A stretch of 64,000 bases of DNA from Trichosphaerium sp. ATCC 40318 (taxonomy: Eukaryota > Protista > Tubulinea), in contig JALMLS010000507.1 in the NCBI GenBank assembly GCA_038496445.1, positions 434,001 to 498,000 on the forward strand, read 5' to 3'. The notes under the pieces are model-generated. The model was not told the DNA's origin and ran no database searches. It saw only the letters and a program-made list of their open reading frames with translations. The position numbers and the translations under genes are program-made. This document shows positions 39,622-51,435 of this stretch, piece by piece; position 1 is the stretch's first letter, and every line of letters starts with the position of its first letter.

Positions 39622-41418
39622 ATGGAAGGTGTTGATGTATCGTCATGGAATATAATTAACAAAAGCTCTATTACTCCAGTCCAAAAGCGTATCCTTGCTC
39701 TGTTTTATCGTATATTGATGAACAAAGACAATGACACGTGTCAATGGAGTGAGACAGCAAGTTGTTGGTTTTTTGTCAAACTTTCCAAGCTTCACAACCA
39801 ACTCTGTGAAGAGCTTGACGCAAAATATGATAGCGTAGAAAAGTTAAAGCGAATCCTGCATCAACTAGGTTTTGTTAACTCGAGCGGTTATTGGGCATTC
39901 GCCTACAAAGATATACAAACAGGACTACCAATATTCAGAAAGGAAAACAGACGTTTTCAAAGTACACTTGCTCCATTTAACGCAACAAACTAAATACTTC
40001 TTTAGACTTTCTTAATGCACCTTCTTCTTTGTTAAGAACCCATGACGGAATACTTCCCCCACTTTTAGGTATTCAAAATGGCACGTCGCAAAATCTTCGG
40101 CATACTGTGCCATTTTATGGGAACACCCAACGAGACCCAAAACATCACTTAAAAAATGATATGGTGAGCCACTGACCAAAAAACAAAAAAGATATAGACT
40201 CACATTGTACTGCATAGGTACCTAAATATCACCATGTTTCTCCCATAAGGTCACCCAACATTGGCCGCGCATTATTTTCCAGAAACCCCCATGGGGCATC
40301 TGCTTTTTCAGGTACGTTTGAGAAAAAAATACAAAAGTAAAAAAAAACCCAAGTGCTTAGTACTAACACGGTTAGGCGTACCGAAGAATACCTCAAAAAC
40401 ACAAGGCGGAGTGCAAACGAACGAGGAAGAAAAGAAGAAGAACGCACATGATACATTGTTACCTCCAGTCGCAGCTATTGTCCTTCAACATAACCTAGAA
40501 GAACCAGTACTGCATTCCTCTTTGTGAATATTCCACCTAAAAAGATTTAGGTTACTACACTCAATGAAGTATACCAGCATATTTCCTACTTTACAAAGCG
40601 TCCTCTTAACAGTTTTGAGAGCAAGTTAGTACGCTTCACTGTTGGTATATTTATTTTTGGCGACGGCATTCTTGAACGTGAAAATTTCGCTAAGGTAAAA
40701 AAAACTACCCAACAGGATTGTGTACAGTACATGAGTTATTAATTTCTCAGCTTACAGATACCTACCCGATAAATTTAAAAGTACTAGATGAATTATGGAA
40801 GTACTTTGGACCGTGGGACCACCTCCTTTACAAAATACAAGAACTACCATTCAAGGTTTCAATTATTCACTAAAACATGGTTTTATGCTAAACAATCATG
40901 AATCTGAATAATTTTTTTAGACGTTTTATCACGGGAAAATTAGTTGCATAGAAGCTACAAGGCGTATTAAAGGTAAAAGAAAATTCCTTTTTCGCGTTTT
41001 TGAAAAAAACGGTTTATTAGTTCGACACACATTTGACATTATTCTTTCTTACTGTTATACAAAAGGGCAACCTCGTGGTACCTTCTTAATAGTAAACTCT
41101 GACATACCTGGAGTTTTTTCTCTATTGTGTAGTAGAGATCACCAAGGAAGCCATGAAATAGTTGAATTTTCTATTTATAACTGTCGTATTGGTGTAAGAT
41201 GCCAAGAGCGTCATTATGATAATCTAGTAGATTTAATAGAGAGTAACAACCACCTATGGAAGCGTGGATGTAATGGTGGTATATTTAAGAGGCTAATAAT
41301 GCAAAACAAAGAAGAATTTCCTTGGAGTCAAGAAGATCCGAATTATAAACTTTATATTAAAACCACGTTTCGAGAAACGGCATCTTGGCCTTCTTATCCT
41401 GAACCTCCATGTCGGTAA
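39622..41418 (+). CDS. HSF-like DNA-binding domain + low-complexity linker + EF/SH2-like module
   Basis: Eight exons join in frame at GT-AG sites. N-term LFYRILMNKDNDTCQWSET..LKRILHQLGF..YWAFAY; C-term YFGPW..FYHGKISCIEA..GTFLIVNS..YDNLVDLI. Confidence 0.7.
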
Positions 41419-41996
41419 AATATAGCTCACAACGTAATCCAATTTTGTATTTTGCCTTAAGGTACAACATAAAGCGTATCATAAGAGCGTCTAGGGATAC
41501 CTAAATTAGATCCTGTAAACAAAATAAAAAACGGAGTACCTCAAGGTTTTTTTTTGAGGAAGAAAATAGTAAAAACCACAAATTCCAAATCAAGTGTTAC
41601 CACTCACTACATATCTTTCAACACCCTACTCTTCCGTGAACTATTAAATATATATGGCGCCATATCTACTTTTTTCCTTTGACCGCTTCTTTGTGTATTC
41701 CGTCGGAAACGCTTGGAACATCCGTCAGTACACAGTGTAGTCACGTACAATATCGTGAAGGCGCCACGCTTTTTTCACGTTTTTTTTTGGTTGTAATTGC
41801 TGAACGGCAATTGAATAGCTAGATGGACGTTCTTGTATCTGTTTTAGGCGTACACAACGCGTTCAGAATGCTTTTGACTCGACCATTCAAATTCTGTTCA
41901 TACAAAGCACGAGGGTTCTCTAAAGAGTCCCTTATATCCACGTATACATACCTATATTATCCCGACTAGCAAGCTACAGGAAGCAGTGAGCAAACA

Positions 41997-42396
41997 ATGA
42001 ATCCAATAAAGGAAGGCTACGTGTCGAAATGGAGCGCCCAAAAGCGTCCTTATTGCCCGTACGGTAAGTATAAAGGCAAAAGGGACATTTTTCTTTTTTA
42101 TACCTCGCCGGTGATACATTCTATGTTCTTATTCTTCTACTTTAGCGCACGATTTTCACATCTCAGAGCCATGCGAGGTGTCTCTCCAGGGATTTTCGCG
42201 GTTGTCTTCATGTGATAATGGACTTTATCAATTAGGTGAGTATCAAGTAGAGCTCAGCAGAAACCCAGCCTACACAAAGAGCCAGCATCAGGGGTTCTAC
42301 ATCTGGGTCTTTCCACCTGGTCAGAAAACAATAAAACCTCGACGATTATCAGCTTTTAAACCAGTAACGCCGCGTCAAAAAGAAGAGACGAATTAA
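41997..42396 (+). CDS. Small hypothetical protein (2 exons, about 105 aa)
   Basis: A GT-AG intron joins ORFs 41997 and 42178 in frame; no domain recognised. Confidence 0.4.
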
Positions 42397-42877
42397 ATTG
42401 GAAAGTCAGAAAACCTATACCTGAAATAACAAAGTGAAACACTAAGTGCGATATTGTACACAATTTTTTTTTCGCAACTTATCACATTGTTTTCTTGACT
42501 CGCCTCGACCCACCGCGGTATGGCTGCTGTAGATACTCTAAACGATAGTGTACCTAGCCGTTGATATATACAATAAACTTACCTGTACAAAAGGCCTTTA
42601 TCTTGCTGTCTGGCTGGTTGCCCGAGTTTGTTTTATTTTTATTTTTGCCCGTAACTTCTGTAGGGCATCGCGTAGATATGACACAGGATAGATTTCGGCA
42701 ACGTACGGTCCGAGGAGGAAAGTTGAATTGTCAGCTGGCAATTGGGTATTAGACCTTTCTGTGGCGCTTTGGAAATTATCAGAGCCGCAGTTGCTGCAAA
42801 GGGAGTGTTGACTGAATTAAGCCGATAATCAAAGAAAAACGGCCTTAAAAGAGTTCCGTGCTTGTACTTTCAACACC

Positions 42878-43378
42878 ATGGAGGACGTGCAAAACGTAGA
42901 GTTGCTTAGCAACAAACACAACAAAAAGTCTAACGTTGTTGTACTTGATGTACTCGTTAACGCTACTCTTACCGCGAGTACGCTACATATGACCGTTTAC
43001 AACGCACCTATCACTAGATGGGTGCTACAAGCGTTTAAAGTTCATGTTCTCAAGAATACAACGAGAAGCAGATTTTGGAGTGCTAAAGCAGGTATTTGTT
43101 CTACGTAGCGTTCGTTGGTTGACATTTCGGTAGAAAACTTCATATGGATGATAGATAAGACTAAAACTCACTACAAAGTAACACTAAAGAATGGAATAGA
43201 GATGCTTGATACCAAAACCGCTTCTAGAATACTCATTGGTTTTATAACAGAATTTATGGTGTTACATGGCTATACGCTAGTATCAGCGTATGAGTCCAAA
43301 GAAACAGTAATGATTTTCAATTTGGTTGAACTACAAAAACCAAAAAGAAATGCCTTAGACTTACCCGTCGAAACATGA
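42878..43378 (+). CDS. Hypothetical protein (2 exons)
   Basis: A short GT-AG intron at about 43092-43133 joins the two ORFs in frame. Confidence 0.55.
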
Positions 43379-43552
43379 CGGAATACAAAACACGCCAAAC
43401 AAAACGCTCATCCAACCAAAAAAAAAAAAAAGAAATCAAAAAAAACCCTTTCGAGATTACTGCTCTACAATAAGTTCAATTACTACAAATAGCACCACAA
43501 TAGGTACTATTAGTGGTGAGGATATTTGCCAAGTGCATAGGACGCGCAGCAT

Positions 43553-44448
43553 CTATTGCTTCTTTTTCTTTTGTGGTGCAGGACGAGGACGAGGATCGCA
43601 GCAGATCATGAGTACAAGGCTGGTCCACAAGCTCAAGCAAACACCGACCAAAAAGCCGAATGACAACAAAGCGATACAAGCAGTGTTGTACTTATTCCAC
43701 ATGGTCTAAACACGCGTATTAGAGCCCAATTCCAGCGTTTACCTGGCGAAATAAAAAATTCTTTTTTTGAAAACTCGTTTCGATTTTTTTTTTGATTTGA
43801 CACGTACGAGAATGTCTTGTCCGAGTTTCTCTGCGAAGTCAATGTATCCATCCCAAGGTGTTGGGCCAGGGTATTCCAATAGTTCGAACTCTTTGTGTCT
43901 ACATTTCCATCAGACACGGAGTACAAAAAACTTGAATAAAAATGACGCACCCTTCTTCTGCGAAAGTCTTGAAAGCTTCTACTGAGCGTTCACCTTCGTG
44001 TTTGTACATTTTACCCTTTTTGACACTGGTAATACATTAACAAAGGGTTTGTTCGCGGAGGGGACGTACAAGAAGACAGTTGGGAATCCTGTAACTCCAA
44101 ATTTACTCGATAGGCCTGCGGGATTGTTAGTAAATGCTAATTTGGTTGTGTTAGTACCTGTATTTTCAGTGGCATCGATTTTTGCTACGTTAACACTGCC
44201 TTTTAACTCAGTTGCTAGTTCTTCCCATGTAGGAGCCAAGTGCTTACAGTGGCCACACCTTTAATGTTTTATAAGATTAAATGAGCAAAACATCAAATTT
44301 AAATGTACCATGGTGCGTAGAATTCAAGAAGCCATGCTCCTGAGCCGGTTTGTTCCCAAATGTTGTCAGAATTTAAAACAACGACATCAGAGGCAATACA
44401 AGCTGTAAGAGCGATGCATAATAGTATGGCGAAACGCTGGAGAGACAT
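43553..44448 (-). CDS. TMX-like transmembrane thioredoxin/PDI
   Basis: Signal peptide, EFYAPW|CGHCK, GFPT, C-terminal TM helix and KKKQ-stop di-lysine ER-retrieval motif. Confidence 0.9.
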
Positions 44449-44538
44449 TTTGTTTGATGACGTGTATTACTTTGCAATCAAAACAAAAGAGAAAAAACCG
44501 GTCAGTATACTTTCTTTTACTTTGGGCGCAATACGCGA

Positions 44539-46261
44539 CCGTTTAGACATGAAATAACATGACGTATGTCAAGGATGTACGCTAACACCAAGCAAATTTC
44601 ATTGGGGCTGACTTGTAGAGTAGAACAGCTCGACTTCAACGTACCGCTTTAAATAATACCCTACGGCTACACAGAAAAGTTATTAATGATATTGGTGAAC
44701 GATTAGCCGTAAAACAGTTGGACGAATGGTATAATGTCAAAACTGTTCAAGTTGTAGCCGAGGGAGGAACGTCTGTTGTTGTGTACGCGTAACAAGCGCT
44801 GAATTGAGAGAAAAATCACACTTTTACTAGAGGACACTACAATAGCTCTATATCGACATGCCTACGCCATGTATATCCAAACCACGAATGGGATTACAAA
44901 TTATTCAAGTACGATCTGACCTGTCAGTTTAAACAAAGAATCTTATCGTACGTTAAAGTCACGTACCTCGCATGTATTGGCGAGACATTGAGAACCAAAA
45001 AGCAGTATTTGACAAAGTGGCAATAAATCTAGGCATCAAAGTACTTCAAGACTGGTACGTTCATTTCTCTTGAACCAAATTCGCACTGCATGACGCTGAA
45101 GGTATTGTTGCGCTTACGCACAGCATGTCAGTTAGAACTACAGCGCCGTTTATAACGCAATAAATCCAAAATCCAATTTTTGTTTTCTTTTCCTTGCAGT
45201 GGTTCTTCTTATTGAAATAACTAGGTACAGCCTCAGTACTGCGGATGTTAAACCTTTCGGTGCTGATAGCATATTGTGGTACGTCATTGAAGGCAGAAAA
45301 AAAAAAAAAAGAAAAAAGTTTGACACGCAAATGTGTCATTTGACACTTTTATTCAACAGGTCGAAATATGAAGGATCATTGTCCAAATGCCTAATGACTC
45401 TTTACCCCAATTTTTCGTGGTTTCCTTGGAGATTCAAGTACGATACACAAAGCCATGCTTCAACATGAATTTTTTTTTGTAAACAAAGTCATTTTTAAAC
45501 TTACTCCTGTACAAGGCATGCTCCTGTTAATTACTGGTGTGACTTGAAAAATCAAAGATTATTACTTGAAGATATAGCAAAGCAATTGAATATAAAGAGT
45601 ATTGATGATTGGTATACAAAAGGAAATAAAGATGTGTTACATCTTGGCGCAGCAGGAGTACTGTACGCCTTCGTTTTATTATTTTTTTTTAATCAATTAT
45701 TGTCACTGGTTACTGTGATGACTAACTTGATTATGTAAAGGAAGCATCATCAATACTCATTGTCTAATTGTTTAGTTGCTGTGTACAATGATTATAGTTG
45801 GAACAGAATGCTCTTCGGGTATTTATTCATTCTTATTTTATTCTTATTTTACACAAATTAATGCCTTACTTACTTTTTCCTGTAGAAAGCTTCCAAGAAG
45901 ATTCTGGGAACGTCCAGAACATAGGCAAGGGTTTTTAGAAAAGGTTAGAAATGAACTATGTATAAATGAACCATCACAATGGTACCAAACTAAGCAATCT
46001 ATTTCATTGTTTTTTTTACTAAATGGTCTGAACAAGGTACCGTATTCCAAACATGTATTTAAAGGCCAACGGAGCTGAAGGATTACTGAGCTACTGGCCT
46101 CATACCTTATCTCTTGTAGAGCCTCGTTTTGATTGGCACTGGGCTAAATTTTATATAACCAAAAGAAGAGCAAAGCAGAGGTGCCTAACGAAAAATCATA
46201 AATTTATAGTTACAGTAGCTGTAGGAACTTACTGCAAAAGTTAAAGGTCATAGTGAAGTAA
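44539..46261 (+). CDS. Uncharacterised protein with four ~70-aa Trp-rich helical repeats
   Basis: Repeats of pattern P..YW...NQ......A..L.IK...DWY.........G...L..Y..S.S.CL...YP...W. Start uncertain. Confidence 0.75.
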
Positions 46262-46590
46262 TAAGTGAATTTACAAATTGTAATTATAAAGATAACAGAA
46301 AAGAGCGTATTGTACAATAGAAGGGAGATGAAGTATCTCTCCATTAATAGTTTTTTTTTACAAAAAGCAATTTAACTCATAAATCTGCAACTCTCAGACA
46401 GTGGACGAGAGGTTGATGTGCTCACCAGCCTGGGTTAATCCGTAACATAATCATGTATTTCTCATACCTACATCCTCATCCTGACCGGATATTGTGTTCT
46501 GCATGGGAAAGAAGTTTAGAATAAGAAGTATTCAAACACTTGTTAAGTCTGTTTTGTTTTTTGTGATTGTAGCGTATACGACGGTTGGAA

Positions 46591-48067
46591 ATGTCTGACG
46601 ATGATCGTCATAAAAGAACATATGTTTACGTACTTCTTGCGGCAGCATCATGTACTCTAATTGCCAGTTGTTATATGATTATTAAAATACTTATAACACG
46701 TCGCTTTAATACAATGCCACAGCGATTTGTACTTTACGTGTTCATACTGGATTATTTTATTGGTGTATCAGACTTACTTACTGCTTGGACTACAGACGGA
46801 ACCGATAAAGGCATGCCTAGCATATTTAGTTTCTTTTTTGCGCATGTGCGAGGCTTTTTCGTTTAAATTTCATAAAATCGATGTATTTATGCTTAAAATC
46901 ACGTGTTTACGCTCTTATTTTTCAAATAGACGCTCTTTGTCAAATTCAAGGCGCAACAGAAAATTACTTCAACTTGGGACAGTTACTTATATCTGTTGTT
47001 ATCGCTGGCAACTTGTATTGGTTTGTGGTTAGGCACAAGTAAGAAAGTTTAGCAAATGTTGGTCTAGCTTTATTTTTGCATGACACGTGATAGGCAGCGT
47101 ATGACGAGTAATGAACCTATTTACATAGCACTTGTTATCATTATACCTGGCGTTTTATGTACACTACCTTTTACGACAAACTCCTATGGTAAAGACACAC
47201 CGTAAGATATTTTCGTTGTATTGATTGAAATATGTCTCACATTTTTCTTTGTCAGGTGGTGTTGGATTCCGCACGATGCAGGTCATAAATCTATAACACT
47301 TATGTAAGCTTCATGTTTTATGGTTTCGTTCTTCCGATACTAACTTTATACGTCAGGTGGCAACTTGTAACTCATTGGGTGCCAATCATTGGTTGTTTTC
47401 TAGTAATTTTGTATTTTAATATTTGCATTGCACTTCGTGTTTTAAAGATAACAAAGGCGGTACGTAATACATACAAAAACCGAGTATACAACAAGTGCTC
47501 ACTTACACCGATTTCTGAAGAACAAAACAATTCAAGTCTTTACTTTTCTTTTCTTTTTTTTCTAATGAACAACAAGCATTCATCTCGTCAAGCTTTGGCT
47601 AAAAAAGTAGAAAGAACTCTACTTGTCAGAAGACTTATTGGATATCCAATTATTATTTTTTTCGTATGGATAGGACCTATAATAAGGTATCTTATTATTG
47701 AACAGACACACAAGGAATCGGTACAATACAACATTCGTTCTAACACTTTTTGTTGTTTGACTTTTATTTTAAGCCTTTCGCTCTTGTGATCATCTGTTTG
47801 CTTACAAGACCTCTTATTGGTTTCTTTGATACTATATTTTATGAGTTTAGTTATAATCAGTCAGTATGGGGTGGATGTTTTATGACTGGTAAGAGATGAT
47901 AGTTGTTTTAAAATGTTTTTGATTATCATTTGACTTAGTTTTTCTTTACAGGAACAAGAGAGTACAACGAAACGTTAACTGAAACAGATGACAGCGTGTC
48001 ATTTGGATCACGTGGTAGTCTAAGAAGTAGTATTGGAAACCGTAATGAATGGGTACAAGGTGAATAG
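46591..48067 (+). CDS. 7TM GPCR, cAMP-receptor-like (cAR/Git3 class)
   Basis: TM helices, LCQIQG, WCWI, RLIGYPIIIFFVW; GC donor at 46811. Confidence 0.85.
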
Positions 48068-48451
48068 TTAAAAAGAAAATATACCTATCACAACATTGCA
48101 TGATTTGTAAAGAAAGTGTACCCAATGTCCGTGAGGAAATAATAAATTGTATGTATAAATTGCAGATTTACGAACAGCAGACAACAAAAACTTCGAAATA
48201 TAGGAAACAAACACTTTAACTTCCTACTGTACTAGCGATTGATATGTACGAAATCTACCTCTTTTTAATTGTGAATGTATCAAAGGAGCATGTATGAAAA
48301 GTAGCCTCTGTATCCAGTAAACCATATTCGTATATCCGTTACACTTGTGATTCTCGTGCATCAGGTATTGATGGCTCATCAGGGTACGTTCAAAGAAGGA
48401 GTTAAGCAATCTTTGGCATGCTTAAAGTTATTTACGAAGGCAGTGTACGCT

Positions 48452-49420
48452 ATGACTACGTTATTGTCGCTACCTGATGAGGTCTTAGTACTCATTTTGG
48501 AGCGTTTGGAAGCAACTGATTTAATTTCTGTTTCCTACGTGTGTAGCGATGCCCGTACGCCTGCTAATGATAGTAAAGTGCGTAACAACATCTTTTCGTT
48601 AAAATAGAACATAATCAAACACAAGTGTTAAAGGTATGGACGAATCTGTCTTATAGAGACTTTGACGGGTGCTTGATGAATATGACAACAAAATTCGAAG
48701 ATAATAGTAAACGACGGTACTACGAAACAAAAAAGGTTCTAGATACAGAATATCAGGGGTCTTACGTTGAGGGAATACGTATGTAGTCTCCAATACTAGC
48801 TCAGTAGAGTTTTATTGCCAGAGTGTTCTATTGAAACTAATCTACGATTAGGAGGTTGGAAAGCTTACATACGAAGGATTACAGGCACTCATTGTTCGAG
48901 TAATAAGTACGGTGCTATTTTCATGAAAGATGGCAAGCTTTTGGCCAAATCGACATTGTTTAATGTAAGCAAACAACAACTTGCTGTTTTGGGGAAAGGA
49001 TCTGGTTCTCAGCTACCAACAGTCACTTTGGGTGATAAAAAGTACTTACTTTTTTTTTATTGTTGCTATTAATAGCACATAAGCCTCTCTCAAAATCAAG
49101 TTATCCAGAATATATTCCAGTAACAGTATCAAGTGCTATTTATAGTACAAGAAACTGACTGATAAAGGGATTTTTCAGAGAGTCTTGTGGCACTTTTTGA
49201 AGAACCTTTTTTGTGGTTTTTGTTGCTTACGATTTTGATAACTAGGTACTTGATTCTAGGATCTGATGATGATGCCATTACTGGTATTTGTGGAACATGT
49301 GGCTTTACTTGTTATAAATCAAAAACGATATGTGTTCTTGGAGTCTATGATATGCACCCAAACTACTCTTCCTCAGCTGTAGGTCGTATACAAAGTTACT
49401 TGGAAGATCTAGGTTATTAA
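48452..49420 (+). CDS. F-box-profilin fusion protein
   Basis: Four exons (48452-48577, 48634-48778, 48852-49041, 49246-49420). F-box LLSLPDEVLVLILERL..VC..ANDSKVW; profilin-like GWKAYI..GAIFMKDG..TLGDKKYLILGSDDDAITG..GFTCYKSKTICVLGVY..VGRIQSYLEDLGY. Confidence 0.85.
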
Positions 49421-49886
49421 ATATATCACTAGTCACTCACATCAAACAATCTGTAGTTGTTTGTTGTTTAGAGTGTCTTATGAGCAATGATTGATCATTA
49501 TCCTCGCTTCTATTCAAGATCTTCTAGGACAATCATCGTGTATCAAACATAATCATCTGAGTTAGACTGCAAGCAGTTTTTTTTTTCAGTCCACTATCAA
49601 TTTCACTATTGATCGTACAAGTCCGTTGACTATTTCTCATTCTACTGCTACTCATTCCAAGGGTTACCTCAGTTATTCTTTGTATTTTTTATTAAAAACA
49701 ACCTCTAAAAAGTGATTCTGTACAGAAACAGTAAAAGGTTAGAGGAGTAAGTTTAATAATTACGATAGTTAAGTGTTGCTAAACGGTTGAAGTTAAGTCG
49801 AGTCGTATTTTGGTTATTGATCGGTATCAGAAGTAACTGCTTCGCCACAAATCTCTTAGGCCTTACTATCGTCATAGAAGCCAACC

Positions 49887-50976
49887 ATGCAAGCGAAATG
49901 TCTTAGAAAAGATTACATTCATGACGATATCAACACTGAGCTTTTAGACATACCAACAGAGATACAGGCTCATTTGCTCAAGTTTTGTAAGCGTTCTGAT
50001 AGATTTTCTGTTTCCCAGAGCTGCAAACGGCTGAGTGATGTTATACGGCATCATGTCGGTTTTGTGGGAATTTCATTTCTAAGCAGAGAAAGTTGTTCAT
50101 GTCTTTGTGGCAGTCCACTATAAAAAATACGAGAATATCGGTTTACGACCCAACAGACTCAGATCTTAGTTTCCTTTCAGGTGTTCAACACCTTTCACTG
50201 TGTCACAGTGTCAGCTTGCACACACACCACGGATACAAGGGTACCTCGCTAACAGATGACGGATTGAAGTCTATTTGTGGTGTACGTCATTTGTCATTAG
50301 TGAATTGTTGCAAAAATATCACCGATGCAGGATTTAAGCCACTTTTGAGACACCTCAAGTATATTGAATTGTTTGGAACCACAAGCCTGACCACGGAGGG
50401 TATGAAAGCATTTGCTGGTATACCAAGCATCGGCTTACCAATGTCCTCAATTACAGATGAGGTTTTGGTAGCGTTATCAGGAGTACATACCATAGATATA
50501 CAAAAATGTAAGCTCATTACAGATGAAGGTGTTTCAGCTTTGGCTGGCGTTCATACCATAAATTTAAGTGGTACAAAAGTGACTGACAAAGGTGTTTTGT
50601 CGTTGGTTGGTGTACACAATATCAAGCTTTGTGGGTGTAAACATATCACTGGAGAGTCTATGAAATACCTGGCAGGTGTACACTCCATCAACTTGTCACG
50701 CACAAATGCAACAGATGATTGGATAAAACCTCTGTCTGGTGTGCACAGTATCAGCCTTCAATCGTGTAACGGTATCACAATAGAAAGTATGAAATACCTT
50801 TCAAGAGTGTACTATATTGATGAAGCACACACAAATGCAACTGATGCATGGCTCATCTTACTAATTTAATTGAATTAAATTATAGATCTAATTTTTTTGA
50901 CAGAATTAATGGAATTACAGATGACAAGATTAAAGCGCTAAAAATGAAAGGCGTTTCAGTTATCAGCTATCGATAG
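49887..50976 (+). pseudogene. F-box + LRR paralogue of 21106-22149 with two frameshifts
   Basis: Long near-identical stretches shared with the first copy; 1-nt deletion near 50121 (cca cta taa vs cca tta tta aaa); second shift near 50850 before an LRR-like ending (..ITDDKIKALKMKGV). Confidence 0.75.
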
Positions 50977-51435
50977 TCACGAACGTTATGGTGAGATACA
51001 AGAATATGTAATTTGTTTGCACATTGTTCCCTACCAAAAACGTTAGTGTTCCAAATAAAATAAAAAAAAAGAAAAAAAAAGCATGCTGTGTTTATCTTGT
51101 ACAAAAACTTTCGCTTTATGGGGAGTAATTACTCACTACTGTCACTGGGTATCATCTCTAGTGTTCTTGTTACATTGAATTCAACACGTGTAATTAGGAA
51201 CATGAGTGATGCTAAGTGCTTAAGCCAGAGCTGTTTTAAAGGGCGTTCAACTTGTGGAGATACTAAGATGATGCCAGTTGACTATGCTAGTATTATTAAG
51301 CTGTAGGAAAGACCCAAACAATGTGCTGTATTTTTTTATTTTTACAATAGATTGACACATGAAAAACATTAAAGGAGGGTAATACCAATCCTCAAAAGGT
51401 TTGGGAAGGTCTTCTTTTTTGGTGGTGAATGAACG

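Noticed and set aside
39689-39789. The 101-nt GT..AG block as a constitutive intron of the HSF-SH2 gene
   Set aside because: Removal shifts the frame to an early stop and deletes the HSF-like core; no U12 branch site (TCCTTAAC) is visible.
42575-42590. U1 snRNA 5' end (acttacctg)
   Set aside because: No U1 stem-loops or Sm site follow; it is simply a donor-like sequence on the minus strand with no sustained ORF.
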